Assembly (NCBI GenBank): GCA_963725665.1
Contig: CAVRZA010000001.1
Location: 192,001-256,000 of the forward strand
Direction: 5' to 3'
Length of the DNA stretch: 64,000 nt
Origin: an uncultured Actinomycetes bacterium
GTDB lineage: Bacteria; Actinomycetota; Thermoleophilia; UBA2241
This document shows, piece after piece, positions 1-10,168 of this stretch. The translations under genes and the position numbers were made by a program. The stretch's first letter is position 1. Each line of letters begins with the position of its first letter. The notes under the pieces are model-generated. The model was given only the letters and a program-made list of their open reading frames with translations, ran no database searches and had not been told where the DNA came from.

Positions 1-537
1 CATGTCGGTCACGGCCTCGAGTCCGGCGCGCACGTCGTCGGGGTGGCGCACGCAGTCCATAAGGAGCTGCTGCATGCCGCGCATCTCTCCGAGCGTGACG
101 AACGGCTCGATCGAGAGCGTGCGCGGCAGGATCTCGTCGCCGGCCAGCTCGGCGATGATCTCGGTCCCCTTGATCTGCTCGCGGAAGCGCGGCGCCTCCA
201 TCAGGTCGATGGGCTGCAGCTTGTGGTAGTCGTCCGGCGACTTGAGGATGTACTTCTCGGGGTCGGGGAAGGGCGGCTCTTCTTTGAGGTAGATGAGCGG
301 CTGGCCCCAGGCCTCGGCGAGGACGCACGTGTCGAAGTAGACACCCACGCCGTCGTCGCCGATCAGGTCGTGCCAGGCGAGGTCGGTGAGCGCGCAGAGC
401 TCGCCGTTGGTGACCATCTCCTGGTAGGTGATGCCGAGCGCGCGCCGGTTGATGCCGCCCTGCTCGCAGAAGACCGGCACGCGGTCGACCTCCTTGCACC
501 GGAAGGCGGCCTCCATCCGCTCTCGGGACGTCATCAT
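1..537 (-). CDS. Uroporphyrinogen decarboxylase-family methylcobamide methyltransferase (MtaA/CmuA-like), 5' part, runs off window edge
   Basis: Own translation (not in ORF track): MMTSRERMEAAFRCKEVDRVPVF...VLAEAWG...PFVTLGEMRGMQQLLMDCVRHPDDVRAGLEAVTD; open to position 1; GGAG RBS upstream. Confidence 0.8.
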   Translation of the reverse strand, partial: MMTSRERMEAAFRCKEVDRVPVFCEQGGINRRALGITYQEMVTNGELCALTDLAWHDLIGDDGVGVYFDTCVLAEAWGQPLIYLKEEPPFPDPEKYILKSPDDYHKLQPIDLMEAPRFREQIKGTEIIAELAGDEILPRTLSIEPFVTLGEMRGMQQLLMDCVRHPDDVRAGLEAVTDM

Positions 538-670
538 GAGGGCGCTCCTTTCTGGGACGCTGGACGTCCCTGATGCGTGTGGCTGTCACGTGCCCGCCGA
601 GGGTGTTTCTCCGCCCCCGGGGCGTTCCACGGTGTCGCGACGAGAGCGCCGTCACGGGGCGGCAGTTGAC

Positions 671-687
671 TGATTGTCAGACAATCA
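671..687. promoter_or_regulatory. Palindromic operator TGATTGTC-A-GACAATCA, likely site of the adjacent GntR
   Basis: Perfect 8-bp inverted repeat between divergent URO-D-like and GntR genes; fits TTGTC-N-GACAA GntR/FadR-type boxes. Confidence 0.7.
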
Positions 688-709
688 CGCGCGTGAGATA
701 GTGTCAAGC

Positions 710-1426
710 ATGACGACTCCCGACCAGATGCGGCAGGCGGGTCACCACGACAGCGGCATGCTGCCGCTGCGTGCCATCGACCGCCGGTCCCTCGCCGACG
801 AGGTCGCCGAGCGCGTGCGCGAAGCCGTGCTTGCCGGCGCCCTGCGCGCCGGTGAGCGAGTGTCGGACAGCCGTCTGGCGCAGGAGCTTGGCGTCGGGCG
901 CAGCACCATGCGCGAGGCCTTCCGCATCCTGCTCTCCGAGGGCCTGCTGGAATCGAGGGGTCACGGTGTGCGCATCGCCCAGCTCACCGTCGATGACGTG
1001 CAAGACACCTTCGAGTTGCGGCTGGCGGTCGAGTGCCGCGCGGCTCGCATGGTTGCCGAGCGGCGTGATCCCGAGGACATCGCCGAGCTGAGGGCGATCG
1101 TGGATGAGTACGCACGAGCCGTCGCGGAGGATGACGCGCCGACCGTCGTGCAACTCGACCTGCGCTTTCACGAGACTCTCTGCCGCCTGAGCGGGAGCCG
1201 TCGCCTGCACGAGGCGTTCACTCGCGACGTCGTCAAGATGCTCGTCCTGCTGCAGGTCGACCACGACATCTACCAGCCACTCTCAGACTGGACGGACGAG
1301 CTGCCGCGGATCTTCGCCGCCATCGAGAGCGGTGACGCCGACGCCGCGGGAGCGGCCATCGAGGCGCACATCGAGGGTTCGCGTCACGCACTGGTCGACT
1401 TGGCCAGACAGCAGCGGCTCGCCTAG
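710..1426 (+). CDS. GntR family transcriptional regulator (FCD domain)
   Basis: wHTH LAQELGVGRSTMREAFRIL; FCD motif DLRFHETL...HI. Confidence 0.93.
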   Translation: MTTPDQMRQAGHHDSGMLPLRAIDRRSLADEVAERVREAVLAGALRAGERVSDSRLAQELGVGRSTMREAFRILLSEGLLESRGHGVRIAQLTVDDVQDTFELRLAVECRAARMVAERRDPEDIAELRAIVDEYARAVAEDDAPTVVQLDLRFHETLCRLSGSRRLHEAFTRDVVKMLVLLQVDHDIYQPLSDWTDELPRIFAAIESGDADAAGAAIEAHIEGSRHALVDLARQQRLA

Positions 1427-1472
1427 CTTGCGGCGATCCGGCCGGCCGGCCGGGCTGCGGCGGTGAACTCGG

Positions 1473-2216
1473 TTAGCGTTGGCGGAAGCGGCAGCCGTCG
1501 AGGTCGCAGCTCTCGCAGAGGTGCAACCTGGGGTCGCCCGACGTCGCTTCTGAGACCAGCGGCAGCCAGCAGCTGAAGGTCTTGAGCGGGCGCATGGTGC
1601 CGGCTGCGTCGAGGCTCACGCCGATAGCGGCCGCATCGACGCAGGCGAACAGCTCGTGCTGGAGGGGCGGCGGCAGGGTGCCGACAGCCGGCACCAGAGG
1701 CGCGCCCACGTAAAGGCCTGAGCGGGCGGCGACACGAGCCACGTGCCGCCAGCCGAGCATCTCTAGCGATTCCAGCGCCGCCAGCACGACCGCGTCGAAC
1801 ACCCAGGCGTCGAGCGGCCCGGACGCCGCCGAGAGCTCCGCTCCGGCGGCGTCGGGGCCCGCGCCCATGGTGCAGACCAGGGCGGCCAGGGCGCGCGGTG
1901 TGGCACCGACGGCCTGGACGCCGAACGAGAGCGAGCGGCCGCCGGCCAGCGTGAGACGCTCGCCGGCGGCCGCATCGACGGCGTGCAGGGCGACGGCGTA
2001 ACGGGGCTGAGCGCTCGAGGGTAATAGCGGGGTCACGGCTGCGATACGATCGCGCAGCATGGCACGGGAGCGCGCGCTATCTCCGCCGGCCATCCGCACG
2101 ACGTCGGCGGCGTCAAACGATAACTCCACGACCGACACCTCGACGAGCGTCGTAGTGCCGTCGACGTCCAAGTGGGCGCCGAGCTCCGGCGCCTTCCCGG
2201 TCGGTCCGCTACTCAC
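1473..2216 (-). CDS. Vitamin B12-dependent methionine synthase activation-domain-like protein
   Basis: LVCTMG...QHELF...IGVSLD..GTMRPLKTFS and C-terminal CESCDLDGCRFR, typical of standalone activation-domain proteins; AAGGAGG RBS before GTG. Confidence 0.7.
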   Translation of the reverse strand: MSSGPTGKAPELGAHLDVDGTTTLVEVSVVELSFDAADVVRMAGGDSARSRAMLRDRIAAVTPLLPSSAQPRYAVALHAVDAAAGERLTLAGGRSLSFGVQAVGATPRALAALVCTMGAGPDAAGAELSAASGPLDAWVFDAVVLAALESLEMLGWRHVARVAARSGLYVGAPLVPAVGTLPPPLQHELFACVDAAAIGVSLDAAGTMRPLKTFSCWLPLVSEATSGDPRLHLCESCDLDGCRFRQR

Positions 2217-2507
2217 GCTGCCCTCCTTTGACGACAAGGTCAACGGCCTACGCGAAGCGTACGCCACGCGGCCCGCGCTCCGAAAGGACGCTCGTGCAGG
2301 CTCTGCTGCGGGCAGGAGCCGCCTCGCCGTAGTGCTCTCGGGGCTGCGCTGTTGCTGGGTCCCTGACCGCAGGGCGCGGGCCTCGCATCCGTTGCCCGTC
2401 GTGATATAGGCATTTCATATCTCGCTCTATATAGAGCCGGTTCCTGGTATGTCGCTTTGAACTAACTGGATCCTTGGTCACGTCGATCGTCGACGCCGAG
2501 AGGAGAG

Positions 2508-2780
2508 ATGACTATGACTGAAGTCATCGCCGACCCCTCAACGGGGACGAACGTCGTCACGGACCCCTCGACTGGGCTGCGGATGGTCGAGCTCAGTCAC
2601 GTCTGGGGTCACGGCGTTCCATCTCCGCCCGGAGAGACGGACGTCAGGATGGTCCGTGCCGTCAAGCACGTGCAGCACGGGTCCTATCGCGCCGGGCCCG
2701 ATCGAGTCGAGTTCCATGCGGGCACCCGCTCGTTCCTCCCTGCTCCGTGCAGAGTGTGGGGCGAGTCAGATCGAAGCTAA
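2508..2780 (+). pseudogene. Truncated cyclase (kynurenine formamidase-like) family N-terminus
   Basis: GAGGAG RBS; MVELSHVWGHGVPSPPG...RAVKHVQHG resembles cyclase N-termini, similarity lost after ~2680. Confidence 0.55.
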
Positions 2781-2993
2781 CCGTTGAGGCGGACGCCGGC
2801 CGTTGCGCGTTCGCCGAGTCCACCGGGCAGCGTCCGGGGTCGGCATGGGCCGCGACGAGCTCGCGTCGTGTTGCCGCCGCACGCTCCGGTGGCCGCTCCC
2901 GGCGTCCGGGGCGTACGATTCCACTGTCGGCGCGGCCGGGCGAACCACGAGAACGGCGGGCCGCGGCGATGAGGATCCTTCGAGAAGGAAGAG

Positions 2994-4409
2994 GTGAGGC
3001 AGGTGAGTGACGACGGTCTCGAGCAGATCATCGGCGAGCTCTACCCGTATGCGAAGGCGACGACGGCCTATCACTGCGTGCCGGCCGAGCCGGTCGACCG
3101 CGCGGCGATCCTGGCCGAGATCGCCGACATGGCGCACGCCGAGGACGCCCGGGGCGACAAGGGCACGGTGTCAGGGAGCCTCTACTGCGGCGACCACGAC
3201 CACTACCACTTCCTCGGCGAGGTCTTCGACCTCTACTCGCACGCCAACGTGCTGCAGCGCGACATGTACCCGAGCGCCACCAAGTTCGAGGGCGAGATCA
3301 TCGCCATGACCTCCGACCTGCTGCACGGGACGGGTATCGGCGTCGTCACGGGCGGCGGATCGGAGAGCCTCATCACCGCGCTGTACTCCTACCGCGAGGA
3401 TGCGCGCGAGACGCGCGACGTCACCCGCCCGAACGTCGTCATGCCGGTGACTGGCCACGTGGCACTCGACAAGGGCGCGCACTGGCTGGGCGTCGAGATG
3501 CGCCACGCGCCCCTCACCGACGGCTACGTCGCCGACGTCGCCGCGATGGCCGGGCTCATCGACGACCAGACCATCGCCCTCGTCGGCAGCGCGGCCAACT
3601 ACGCGCACGGCCTCATCGACCCCATCGAGGAGATCGCGTCGCTCGCCCAGTCGCACGACATCGGTCTGCACGTCGACGGCTGTCTCGGCGGCTGGCTGCT
3701 GCCGTGGGTCGAGCGTCTCGGGTACGACGTACCGCTCTGGGACTTCCGCGTGCCGGGCGTCACGTCGATCTCGGCCGACACGCACAAGTACGGCTACGCT
3801 CTCAAGGGCTCGAGCGTGCTGCTGTACCGGGACAAGGACCTGCGCAAGCACCAGTACTTCACCTACCCGGACTGGCCCGGCGGTCTCTACGTGTCGCCGG
3901 GCTTCGCCGGCTCGCGCAGCGGCGGCATCCTCTCCTCCACCTGGGCCGCCCTTGTGGCGACGGGGGAGTCGGGCTATCTCGCTGCGGCCGACGCCATCAT
4001 GCGCACCGCCGCGACTATCCGCGACGGCATCCGCGACGGCATCCCCGAGCTCGAGGTCATGGGCGACCCCACGTTCCTCATCGCGTTCAAGGCGGCCGGT
4101 GACCTCGACATCTACCTCGTCAACGACTCGCTCATCGCCCAGGGCTGGCGGATGATCGCCCTGCAGATGCCGCCGGCGCTGCACTTCTGCGTCACGCGGC
4201 CCAACACCGCGCCGGGCCTGGCCGAGTCGTTCCTCGAGGCGCTGCGCGTGGCGGTCGGGTACGCCGCGGAGCACAAGGGCCAGAAAGCCAAGTCGGGCGT
4301 GGTGTACGGCTTCGGCGGCACGCCCTTCGGCAATGAAATGGTGAAGTTCGCGATGGTGCGCTTCCTCGACGCGATGCACGAGGTCGCTCCCGACGCCCCG
4401 GCGTCCTGA
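2994..4409 (+). CDS. Sphingosine-1-phosphate lyase-like PLP-dependent enzyme (group II decarboxylase fold)
   Basis: VSGSLY, GGGSES, LHVDGCLGG, SISADTHKYG (PLP Lys), DWPGGLY.SP..AGSR. Confidence 0.88.
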   Translation: MRQVSDDGLEQIIGELYPYAKATTAYHCVPAEPVDRAAILAEIADMAHAEDARGDKGTVSGSLYCGDHDHYHFLGEVFDLYSHANVLQRDMYPSATKFEGEIIAMTSDLLHGTGIGVVTGGGSESLITALYSYREDARETRDVTRPNVVMPVTGHVALDKGAHWLGVEMRHAPLTDGYVADVAAMAGLIDDQTIALVGSAANYAHGLIDPIEEIASLAQSHDIGLHVDGCLGGWLLPWVERLGYDVPLWDFRVPGVTSISADTHKYGYALKGSSVLLYRDKDLRKHQYFTYPDWPGGLYVSPGFAGSRSGGILSSTWAALVATGESGYLAAADAIMRTAATIRDGIRDGIPELEVMGDPTFLIAFKAAGDLDIYLVNDSLIAQGWRMIALQMPPALHFCVTRPNTAPGLAESFLEALRVAVGYAAEHKGQKAKSGVVYGFGGTPFGNEMVKFAMVRFLDAMHEVAPDAPAS

Positions 4410-4410
4410 C

Positions 4411-6027
4411 ATGGGTGATCGCTGGATCCTGGCCATCGACCACGGCAACGGCAGCTCGAAGGTCGCCGTGTGCTCGCTCGAGGGCGAGGTGCTCGCGACC
4501 GGTCTGCGCCCCGTCCACGTGCACGTGGGGTTCGACGGTTCGGCGACGCAGGACGCCGTCGAATGGTGGGTCGCGCTGCGCGAAGCGGCGCGCGAGGCGA
4601 TTGAGCGCGCCGGAGCCGGCCGCGACGAGCTGCACGCGGTCGCGATCACAGGACAGTGGGCTTCGTCCGTGCCCGTCGGCGCCGACGGTCAGCCGGTGGG
4701 CGAGGTGTTGCTGTGGTCTGACACACGCGCGCGCGACCTCGCGCGCGAGGTCATCGGGGGGCCGGTCACCGTGGGCGGCTTCGCGCCGCACAAGGTGCTG
4801 CCGTTCGTTCGCATCACCGGCGGGGCGCCGTCGCCGAGCGGCGCCGACCCCACCGGCCACTCGCTGCTGCTGCGCGAGCGGCTCACCGAGGTCTACGCGA
4901 AGACCGCCCTGATCCTGGAGCCGGTCGACTACCTCGGGCTGAGGTTCACCGGCCGGTCAGCCGCGACGCCCGCGTCGATGATCGCCTCATGGATCACCGA
5001 CAACCGTCCCGGCGCACCGCTGGGCTACGTCGGCTCGCTCGTCGCGAAGACGCGGCGAGACCCGGCGCGCCTGCCCGAGCTCATCCCGACCGGCTCCGTG
5101 CTCGGCCCGCTGCTGCCCGAGGTCGCGTCAGAGCTCGGCGTCGCGCCGGGGGCGCCGGTCGTCTGCGGTATCCCCGACCTGCATGCCGCCGTTGTGGGCT
5201 CGGGAGCCGTCGCGCCGTTCGAGACTCACATCGCGGTGTCCACCACGTCGTGGATCGGCGCCCGCGTGCCGTTCAAGCGCACCGACATCCTGCATCAGAT
5301 CGCGACCGTCCCGGGTCTCGACCCCGCGCACCCTATCGTGGCGAACAACCAGGAGACCGGCGGGGCCTCGCTGCGCTGGCTGCGCGAGCAGATCGTCGCG
5401 CCCAACGACGACCTGCCCGGCGGCGGCAGCGGCATCGGGGCGAGTGGTGCGGCCGGGGAGACGCTCTCGCCGACGTTCGACGACCTTATCCGCCTTGCGG
5501 AGCGTGCCCCGGCGGGCTGCGAAGGGCTGCTGTTCATGCCGTGGCTCGACGGCGAACGATGCCCGGCAGAGGACAAGGTCGTGCGTGCGGGGTGGCTGAA
5601 CGCGTCGTTGCGCACCGATCGCGCGATGCTGGTGCGCTCGGTGCTCGAGGGCGTGGCCTACAACTCGCGGTGGCTGCTCGACGCCTATGAGAAGTACCTC
5701 AAGCAGCCCGTCCCCAAGCTGCGCATCCTCGGGGGCGGCGCGCAGAGCGATCTGTGGTGCCAGATCTACGCCGACATCCTCGGACGCCCGGTCCAGCAGG
5801 TGGCCGACCCCCGGCACGCGCAGTTGCGCGGCGTCGCCCTGTGGGCGCGAGTCTGCCTGGGCGAGCTCACCCTGGAGGACGTGCCCGCCTTCGTGCCCGT
5901 CCCCGCGACGTTCGCACCGTCAGCCGACACGCGGGCATACGCCGAGGGATACGCGGAGTACCGCAAGCTCTTCGGCAAGCTCAAAGGGCTCTACCACCGG
6001 CTGAACTCGAGGAAGGTGAGGTCGTGA
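4411..6027 (+). CDS. FGGY-family carbohydrate kinase (xylulokinase-like)
   Basis: ILAIDHGNGSSK, LLWSDTR, PWLDGERCP, LEGVAY, GGGAQSDLWCQ. Confidence 0.92.
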   Translation: MGDRWILAIDHGNGSSKVAVCSLEGEVLATGLRPVHVHVGFDGSATQDAVEWWVALREAAREAIERAGAGRDELHAVAITGQWASSVPVGADGQPVGEVLLWSDTRARDLAREVIGGPVTVGGFAPHKVLPFVRITGGAPSPSGADPTGHSLLLRERLTEVYAKTALILEPVDYLGLRFTGRSAATPASMIASWITDNRPGAPLGYVGSLVAKTRRDPARLPELIPTGSVLGPLLPEVASELGVAPGAPVVCGIPDLHAAVVGSGAVAPFETHIAVSTTSWIGARVPFKRTDILHQIATVPGLDPAHPIVANNQETGGASLRWLREQIVAPNDDLPGGGSGIGASGAAGETLSPTFDDLIRLAERAPAGCEGLLFMPWLDGERCPAEDKVVRAGWLNASLRTDRAMLVRSVLEGVAYNSRWLLDAYEKYLKQPVPKLRILGGGAQSDLWCQIYADILGRPVQQVADPRHAQLRGVALWARVCLGELTLEDVPAFVPVPATFAPSADTRAYAEGYAEYRKLFGKLKGLYHRLNSRKVRS

Positions 6028-7313
6028 ACGATCGCTACCGCGTCTACGGCTACCGCTGGGTGGTCCTGGCGGTCTTCATGCTCGTCAACCTCACGATCCA
6101 GGTGCTGTGGATCAGCTACGCGCCGATCAACAGCCTCGCCTCGAAGTACTACGGCGTCTCCGACCTGGCGATCGGCGCCCTGGCGATGTCGTTCATGGTC
6201 GTCTTCATCCCGATGGCGCTTCCGGCCGCCTGGGTGATCGACACGCGGGGCTTTCGCCGGGCCGTCGGCGTGGGCGTCGTGCTGATGTCCGTCTTCGGCG
6301 TCGCCCGCGGGCTGGCCGGGACGAGCTACACGCTGGTGCTGCTCAGCACCCTCGGCATCGCCGTCGCCCAGCCGTTCCTGCTGGACGCGTGGACCAAGGT
6401 ACCGGCCAACTGGTTCGCGCCGCGCGAGCGTGCGACGGCCGTAGGCCTGATCACGCTCGCCAGCATGCTCGGGATCGCGGTCGGCATGGTGCTCTCGCCG
6501 ATCCTCGCCGACGCGATGTCGATCGCCTCCCTGCAGCTCATCTACGGCGGGCTGGCGGCCGCCTCGGCGGTCGCGTTCCTCGCGCTGGCGCGCGAGCACC
6601 CGGCGACGCCGCCGTGCCCTCCCGAGATGGAGGAACGAGCGCTGATGCTCGACGGCCTGCGGCACGCGCTCAGGGTGAGGCCGTTCCTGGTCATGCTGGG
6701 TGTCGCCTTCATCGTCATGAGCGCCTTCAACGGCGTGACGACCTGGGTCGAGGAGATCATCCACCCTCGCGGCTTCAGCACCAACGACGCCGGCGTCATG
6801 GGCGCCCTGATGTTGCTGGCTGGGATCATCGGGGCGGTCGTCCTCTCGGCTCTCTCGGATCGCCGAGGCAAGCGCGTCCGCTTCATGGTGATCGCCCTGG
6901 TGGCCGCCATACCGGGGATCCTCGGTGTCGCGTTCGTATCGTCCGCGCTGCTTCTCTACGCCTTCGCCGCGCTCCTCGGCTTCTTCCTCGTCGCCGTGCT
7001 GCCGATCGGCATGCAGTACGCCGCGGAGATCACCAACCCCACGCCCGAGGGCACGTCCAATGGGCTCATCCAGCTCTGCGGGCAGGCTTCGGTGGTCTCC
7101 GTCTACATCATGGCCGCGTTGCGCACGTCGAACGGCTCGTTCACGGTGTCGCTCCTGTTGCTGGCGGGCCTGCTCGCCGCCTGCGCCCTGGCGCTGTCGC
7201 GCCTCAAGGATGCAGGGCTTGTGGTCGCGCCCGCCACCGTTGCGACTGTCGCCGCCGGAGGGCTGCGCGAGGAGCTTGCTGGGACGGTCCCGCCGGCGTC
7301 AGCCGGCGACTGA
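6024..7313 (+). CDS. MFS transporter
   Basis: YRVYGYRWVVL start, ~12 hydrophobic segments, WFAPRERATA; GTGA overlap with kinase stop. Confidence 0.92.
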   Translation: MNDRYRVYGYRWVVLAVFMLVNLTIQVLWISYAPINSLASKYYGVSDLAIGALAMSFMVVFIPMALPAAWVIDTRGFRRAVGVGVVLMSVFGVARGLAGTSYTLVLLSTLGIAVAQPFLLDAWTKVPANWFAPRERATAVGLITLASMLGIAVGMVLSPILADAMSIASLQLIYGGLAAASAVAFLALAREHPATPPCPPEMEERALMLDGLRHALRVRPFLVMLGVAFIVMSAFNGVTTWVEEIIHPRGFSTNDAGVMGALMLLAGIIGAVVLSALSDRRGKRVRFMVIALVAAIPGILGVAFVSSALLLYAFAALLGFFLVAVLPIGMQYAAEITNPTPEGTSNGLIQLCGQASVVSVYIMAALRTSNGSFTVSLLLLAGLLAACALALSRLKDAGLVVAPATVATVAAGGLREELAGTVPPASAGD

Positions 7314-7440
7314 CCCGCAAGGGAGTCGGTCTACCTCACCGGGGGTGTAGGCTGTAGGCGCCGGCTGGGCCGGCCTCGTGTGCTCACGACCCCGTCGCGT
7401 GCCGCGCGACGGTCGCAACACCGTTTGGGAGGAGATCCGG

Positions 7441-9033
7441 ATGGCGACGATCGTCGCGGACAGTGCGCTGCAGGAACGACAGTGGTCGTCGAGGGTGGGC
7501 TCGGCCATGCTCGCGCGCCTGGCGGCGCGCGCGGCCGTGGCCGAGCCCACCGAGACGATGCCCGTCGAGATGCCCTTCACCGGCGAGACGCTCGGCGAGG
7601 TGCCCGAGGGGCGGGCCGCCGACGTCGAGCAGGCCGCCGGCGCCGCGCGCGCGGCGCAGGCGGCCTGGGCGCAGCGGCCCGCCGCAGAGCGTGCCGCCAT
7701 CTTCCTGCGCTTCCACGACCTGCTCATCGACAACGCGCACGAGGTCCTCGATCTCATCCAGCTCGAGAACGGCAAGGCCCGCCGCCACGCCTTCGAGGAG
7801 GTCCTCGACGTCGCCATCCAGGCGCGCTACTACGCGCATACGGCCGAGGACTTCCTGCGCCCGCGCCGCCGCCAGGGCGCGCTACCGGTGCTCACCAAGA
7901 CCTTCGAGTTGCACCATCCCCGCGGCGTCATCGGGATGATCTCTCCGTGGAACTACCCTCTCATTCTGACCATCGGTGACGCCGTCCCCGCGCTGCTCGC
8001 CGGCAACGGGGTCATCCTCAAGCCCGACGCGCAGACGCCGTTCGTGGCACTCTGGGGAGTCGCGCTGCTCGTCGAGGCCGGCCTGCCGCGCGAGCTGCTG
8101 CAGGTGGTCACCGGTCGCGGCTCCGAGCTGGGCGGGCCGATCATTGAGGCGACCGACTACCTCATGTTCACGGGCTCGACGGACACCGGCAAGAGGGTGG
8201 CGGCAAAGGCGGCGTCACAGCTCAAGGACTACGCCATGGAGCTGGGCGGCAAGAACCCGCTCCTGGTCCTGCCCGACGCGGGCCTCGGCGCCGCCACAGC
8301 GGGCGCCGTGCGCGGCATCTGCTCGAACAGTGGCGAGCTCTGCGTCGGCATCGAGCGGCTCTACGTGCACGACGCCGTCTATGACGCCTTCGTCCCGAAG
8401 CTCGCTCAGGCCATGCGTGAGGTGCGCCTCGGCGCGGGACTCGACTTCAGCGCGGACATGGGCTCGCTGATCAGCGCCCAGCAGCTCGCCACGATCGAGG
8501 CGCACGTGGATGACGCCGTAGGAAAGGGGGCCGAGGTGCTGGCGGGCGGGCGCGCCCGCCCCGACCTCGGCCCCTACTTCTACGAGCCGACGTTGCTCGT
8601 CGGTGTCACCGAGGACATGGCCGTGTGCCGCGCCGAGACGTTCGGCCCTGTGGCCGCGGTCTACCGCTGCACGTCGGTCGACGAGATGGTGGCGCGCGCC
8701 AACGACACCGCGTATGGCCTCAACGCCAGCGTCTGGACGCGCGATGCGCGCACAGGCCTGGAGGTCGCCGAGCGTCTGCAGGCGGGCACCGTCAATGTCA
8801 ACGAGGCCTACGCGGCAAGCTGGGCCTCGGCCAGCCCGATGGGCGGCTTCAAGGAGTCGGGGATGGGGCGGCGTCACGGCGCTACCGGCATCCTGAAGTA
8901 CACCGAGGCGCAGACCGTGGCGACGCAGAGGCTGCTCGCCATCGACACGCCGCCGTTCCTCAAGCACGAGCAGTACGCGACCGTGATGAGTCTGGCGATG
9001 CGCGTGCTCAAGCGCACGCCCGGCATCCAGTGA
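7441..9033 (+). CDS. Aldehyde dehydrogenase (succinic semialdehyde dehydrogenase-like)
   Basis: ISPWNYP, FTGST, MELGGKN, catalytic Cys in SGELCVG, ETFGP. Confidence 0.93.
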   Translation: MATIVADSALQERQWSSRVGSAMLARLAARAAVAEPTETMPVEMPFTGETLGEVPEGRAADVEQAAGAARAAQAAWAQRPAAERAAIFLRFHDLLIDNAHEVLDLIQLENGKARRHAFEEVLDVAIQARYYAHTAEDFLRPRRRQGALPVLTKTFELHHPRGVIGMISPWNYPLILTIGDAVPALLAGNGVILKPDAQTPFVALWGVALLVEAGLPRELLQVVTGRGSELGGPIIEATDYLMFTGSTDTGKRVAAKAASQLKDYAMELGGKNPLLVLPDAGLGAATAGAVRGICSNSGELCVGIERLYVHDAVYDAFVPKLAQAMREVRLGAGLDFSADMGSLISAQQLATIEAHVDDAVGKGAEVLAGGRARPDLGPYFYEPTLLVGVTEDMAVCRAETFGPVAAVYRCTSVDEMVARANDTAYGLNASVWTRDARTGLEVAERLQAGTVNVNEAYAASWASASPMGGFKESGMGRRHGATGILKYTEAQTVATQRLLAIDTPPFLKHEQYATVMSLAMRVLKRTPGIQ

Positions 9034-9099
9034 GCGGGGGCATCCGATGAGGACTGGAAAGGCAGGGAGGACACCGAGACCGACGGGGCGGGTGGCGCC

Positions 9100-9957
9100 A
9101 TGACCCTCGTTGCGACCAAGCACGTGCTCGTCACCGGCGGAGCCTCGGGCATCGGGCGCGGCCTCGTGCTGCGCTGCGCCGCGCTGGGTGCGGCGGTGAG
9201 CATCCTCGACCTCGACGAGGGCGGCGCCGAGCGGGCGGCCGCCGAGGCGGCCGCCCTCGGCGCCGCCCAGGCCGCCGGCTACGCCTGCGACGTGAGCGAC
9301 CGCGGCCAGGTGGCCGCAGTCGCCGAGCGGGTGCGAGCCGAGCTCGGGCCGGTCGACATCCTGGTCAACAACGCCGGTGTCGTCAGTGGCCAGTCGCTCC
9401 TCGACCTGAGCGACGAGCGCATCGAGAAGACGTTTGGCGTCAACACCCTGGCCCTGTTCTGGGTGACGCGCGCCTTCTTGCCGGCCATGGTCGCTCGCGA
9501 CAGCGGCCACGTCGTCGTGGTGGCGTCGGCGGCGGGCCTCATCGGCTCGCCTCGCGAGACCGACTACGCGGCCAGCAAGCACGCCGCCGTCGGCTTCACT
9601 GAGGCGCTGCGCTTCGAGCTGCGGCGCAGCGCCCCGCACGTGCGCACCACCGTCGTCTGCCCCTTCTACATCGACACGGGCATGTTCGCCGGCGTCAAGA
9701 CGCGCTTCCCGCTGCTGCTGCCGATCCTGCGCGAGGACGACGTCGTCGAAGCGGTCTTGCACGCCATCCAGCGCGACCGGCCCGTGGTGCAGATGCCGTT
9801 CATGGTGCGCACGCTGCCGGCGATGCGCCTGCTGCCGACCTGGGCCTTCGACCGCTTGGCCGACTTCTTCGGCGTCACCGCTGCCATGGACGAGTTCACC
9901 GGGCGCGGGCCGGCGGCGCCGGCGACGTCGCCCGAGCCGGCCGGGCAGGTGGAGTAG
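9100..9957 (+). CDS. SDR family oxidoreductase (retinol/17-beta-HSD-like)
   Basis: TGGASGIG, NNAG, YAASK. Confidence 0.93.
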   Translation: MTLVATKHVLVTGGASGIGRGLVLRCAALGAAVSILDLDEGGAERAAAEAAALGAAQAAGYACDVSDRGQVAAVAERVRAELGPVDILVNNAGVVSGQSLLDLSDERIEKTFGVNTLALFWVTRAFLPAMVARDSGHVVVVASAAGLIGSPRETDYAASKHAAVGFTEALRFELRRSAPHVRTTVVCPFYIDTGMFAGVKTRFPLLLPILREDDVVEAVLHAIQRDRPVVQMPFMVRTLPAMRLLPTWAFDRLADFFGVTAAMDEFTGRGPAAPATSPEPAGQVE

Positions 9958-10168
9958 GGCCTCTGGCTACACCACACGCTGACTGCGCCTGAGCGGCCCC
10001 TCGCCGGAGGTAGAGACCGTCCGGTCGCTACCCCCACGGAGGCTCGCTGGCGGGGCGCAGAATCCTCCTGCAGACGACCGTGAGTTCCTACGTCCGGTGG
10101 ACGCGCTGAGCCTCGCGCCTCCCCTAAGCTGTGTCACAGGTCACGGAGACACGCACGAGGAGGACATC

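Noticed and set aside
2444-2461. Sigma-54 promoter (TGGTAT...TTTG) before the cyclase fragment
   Set aside because: No GC at the -12 position
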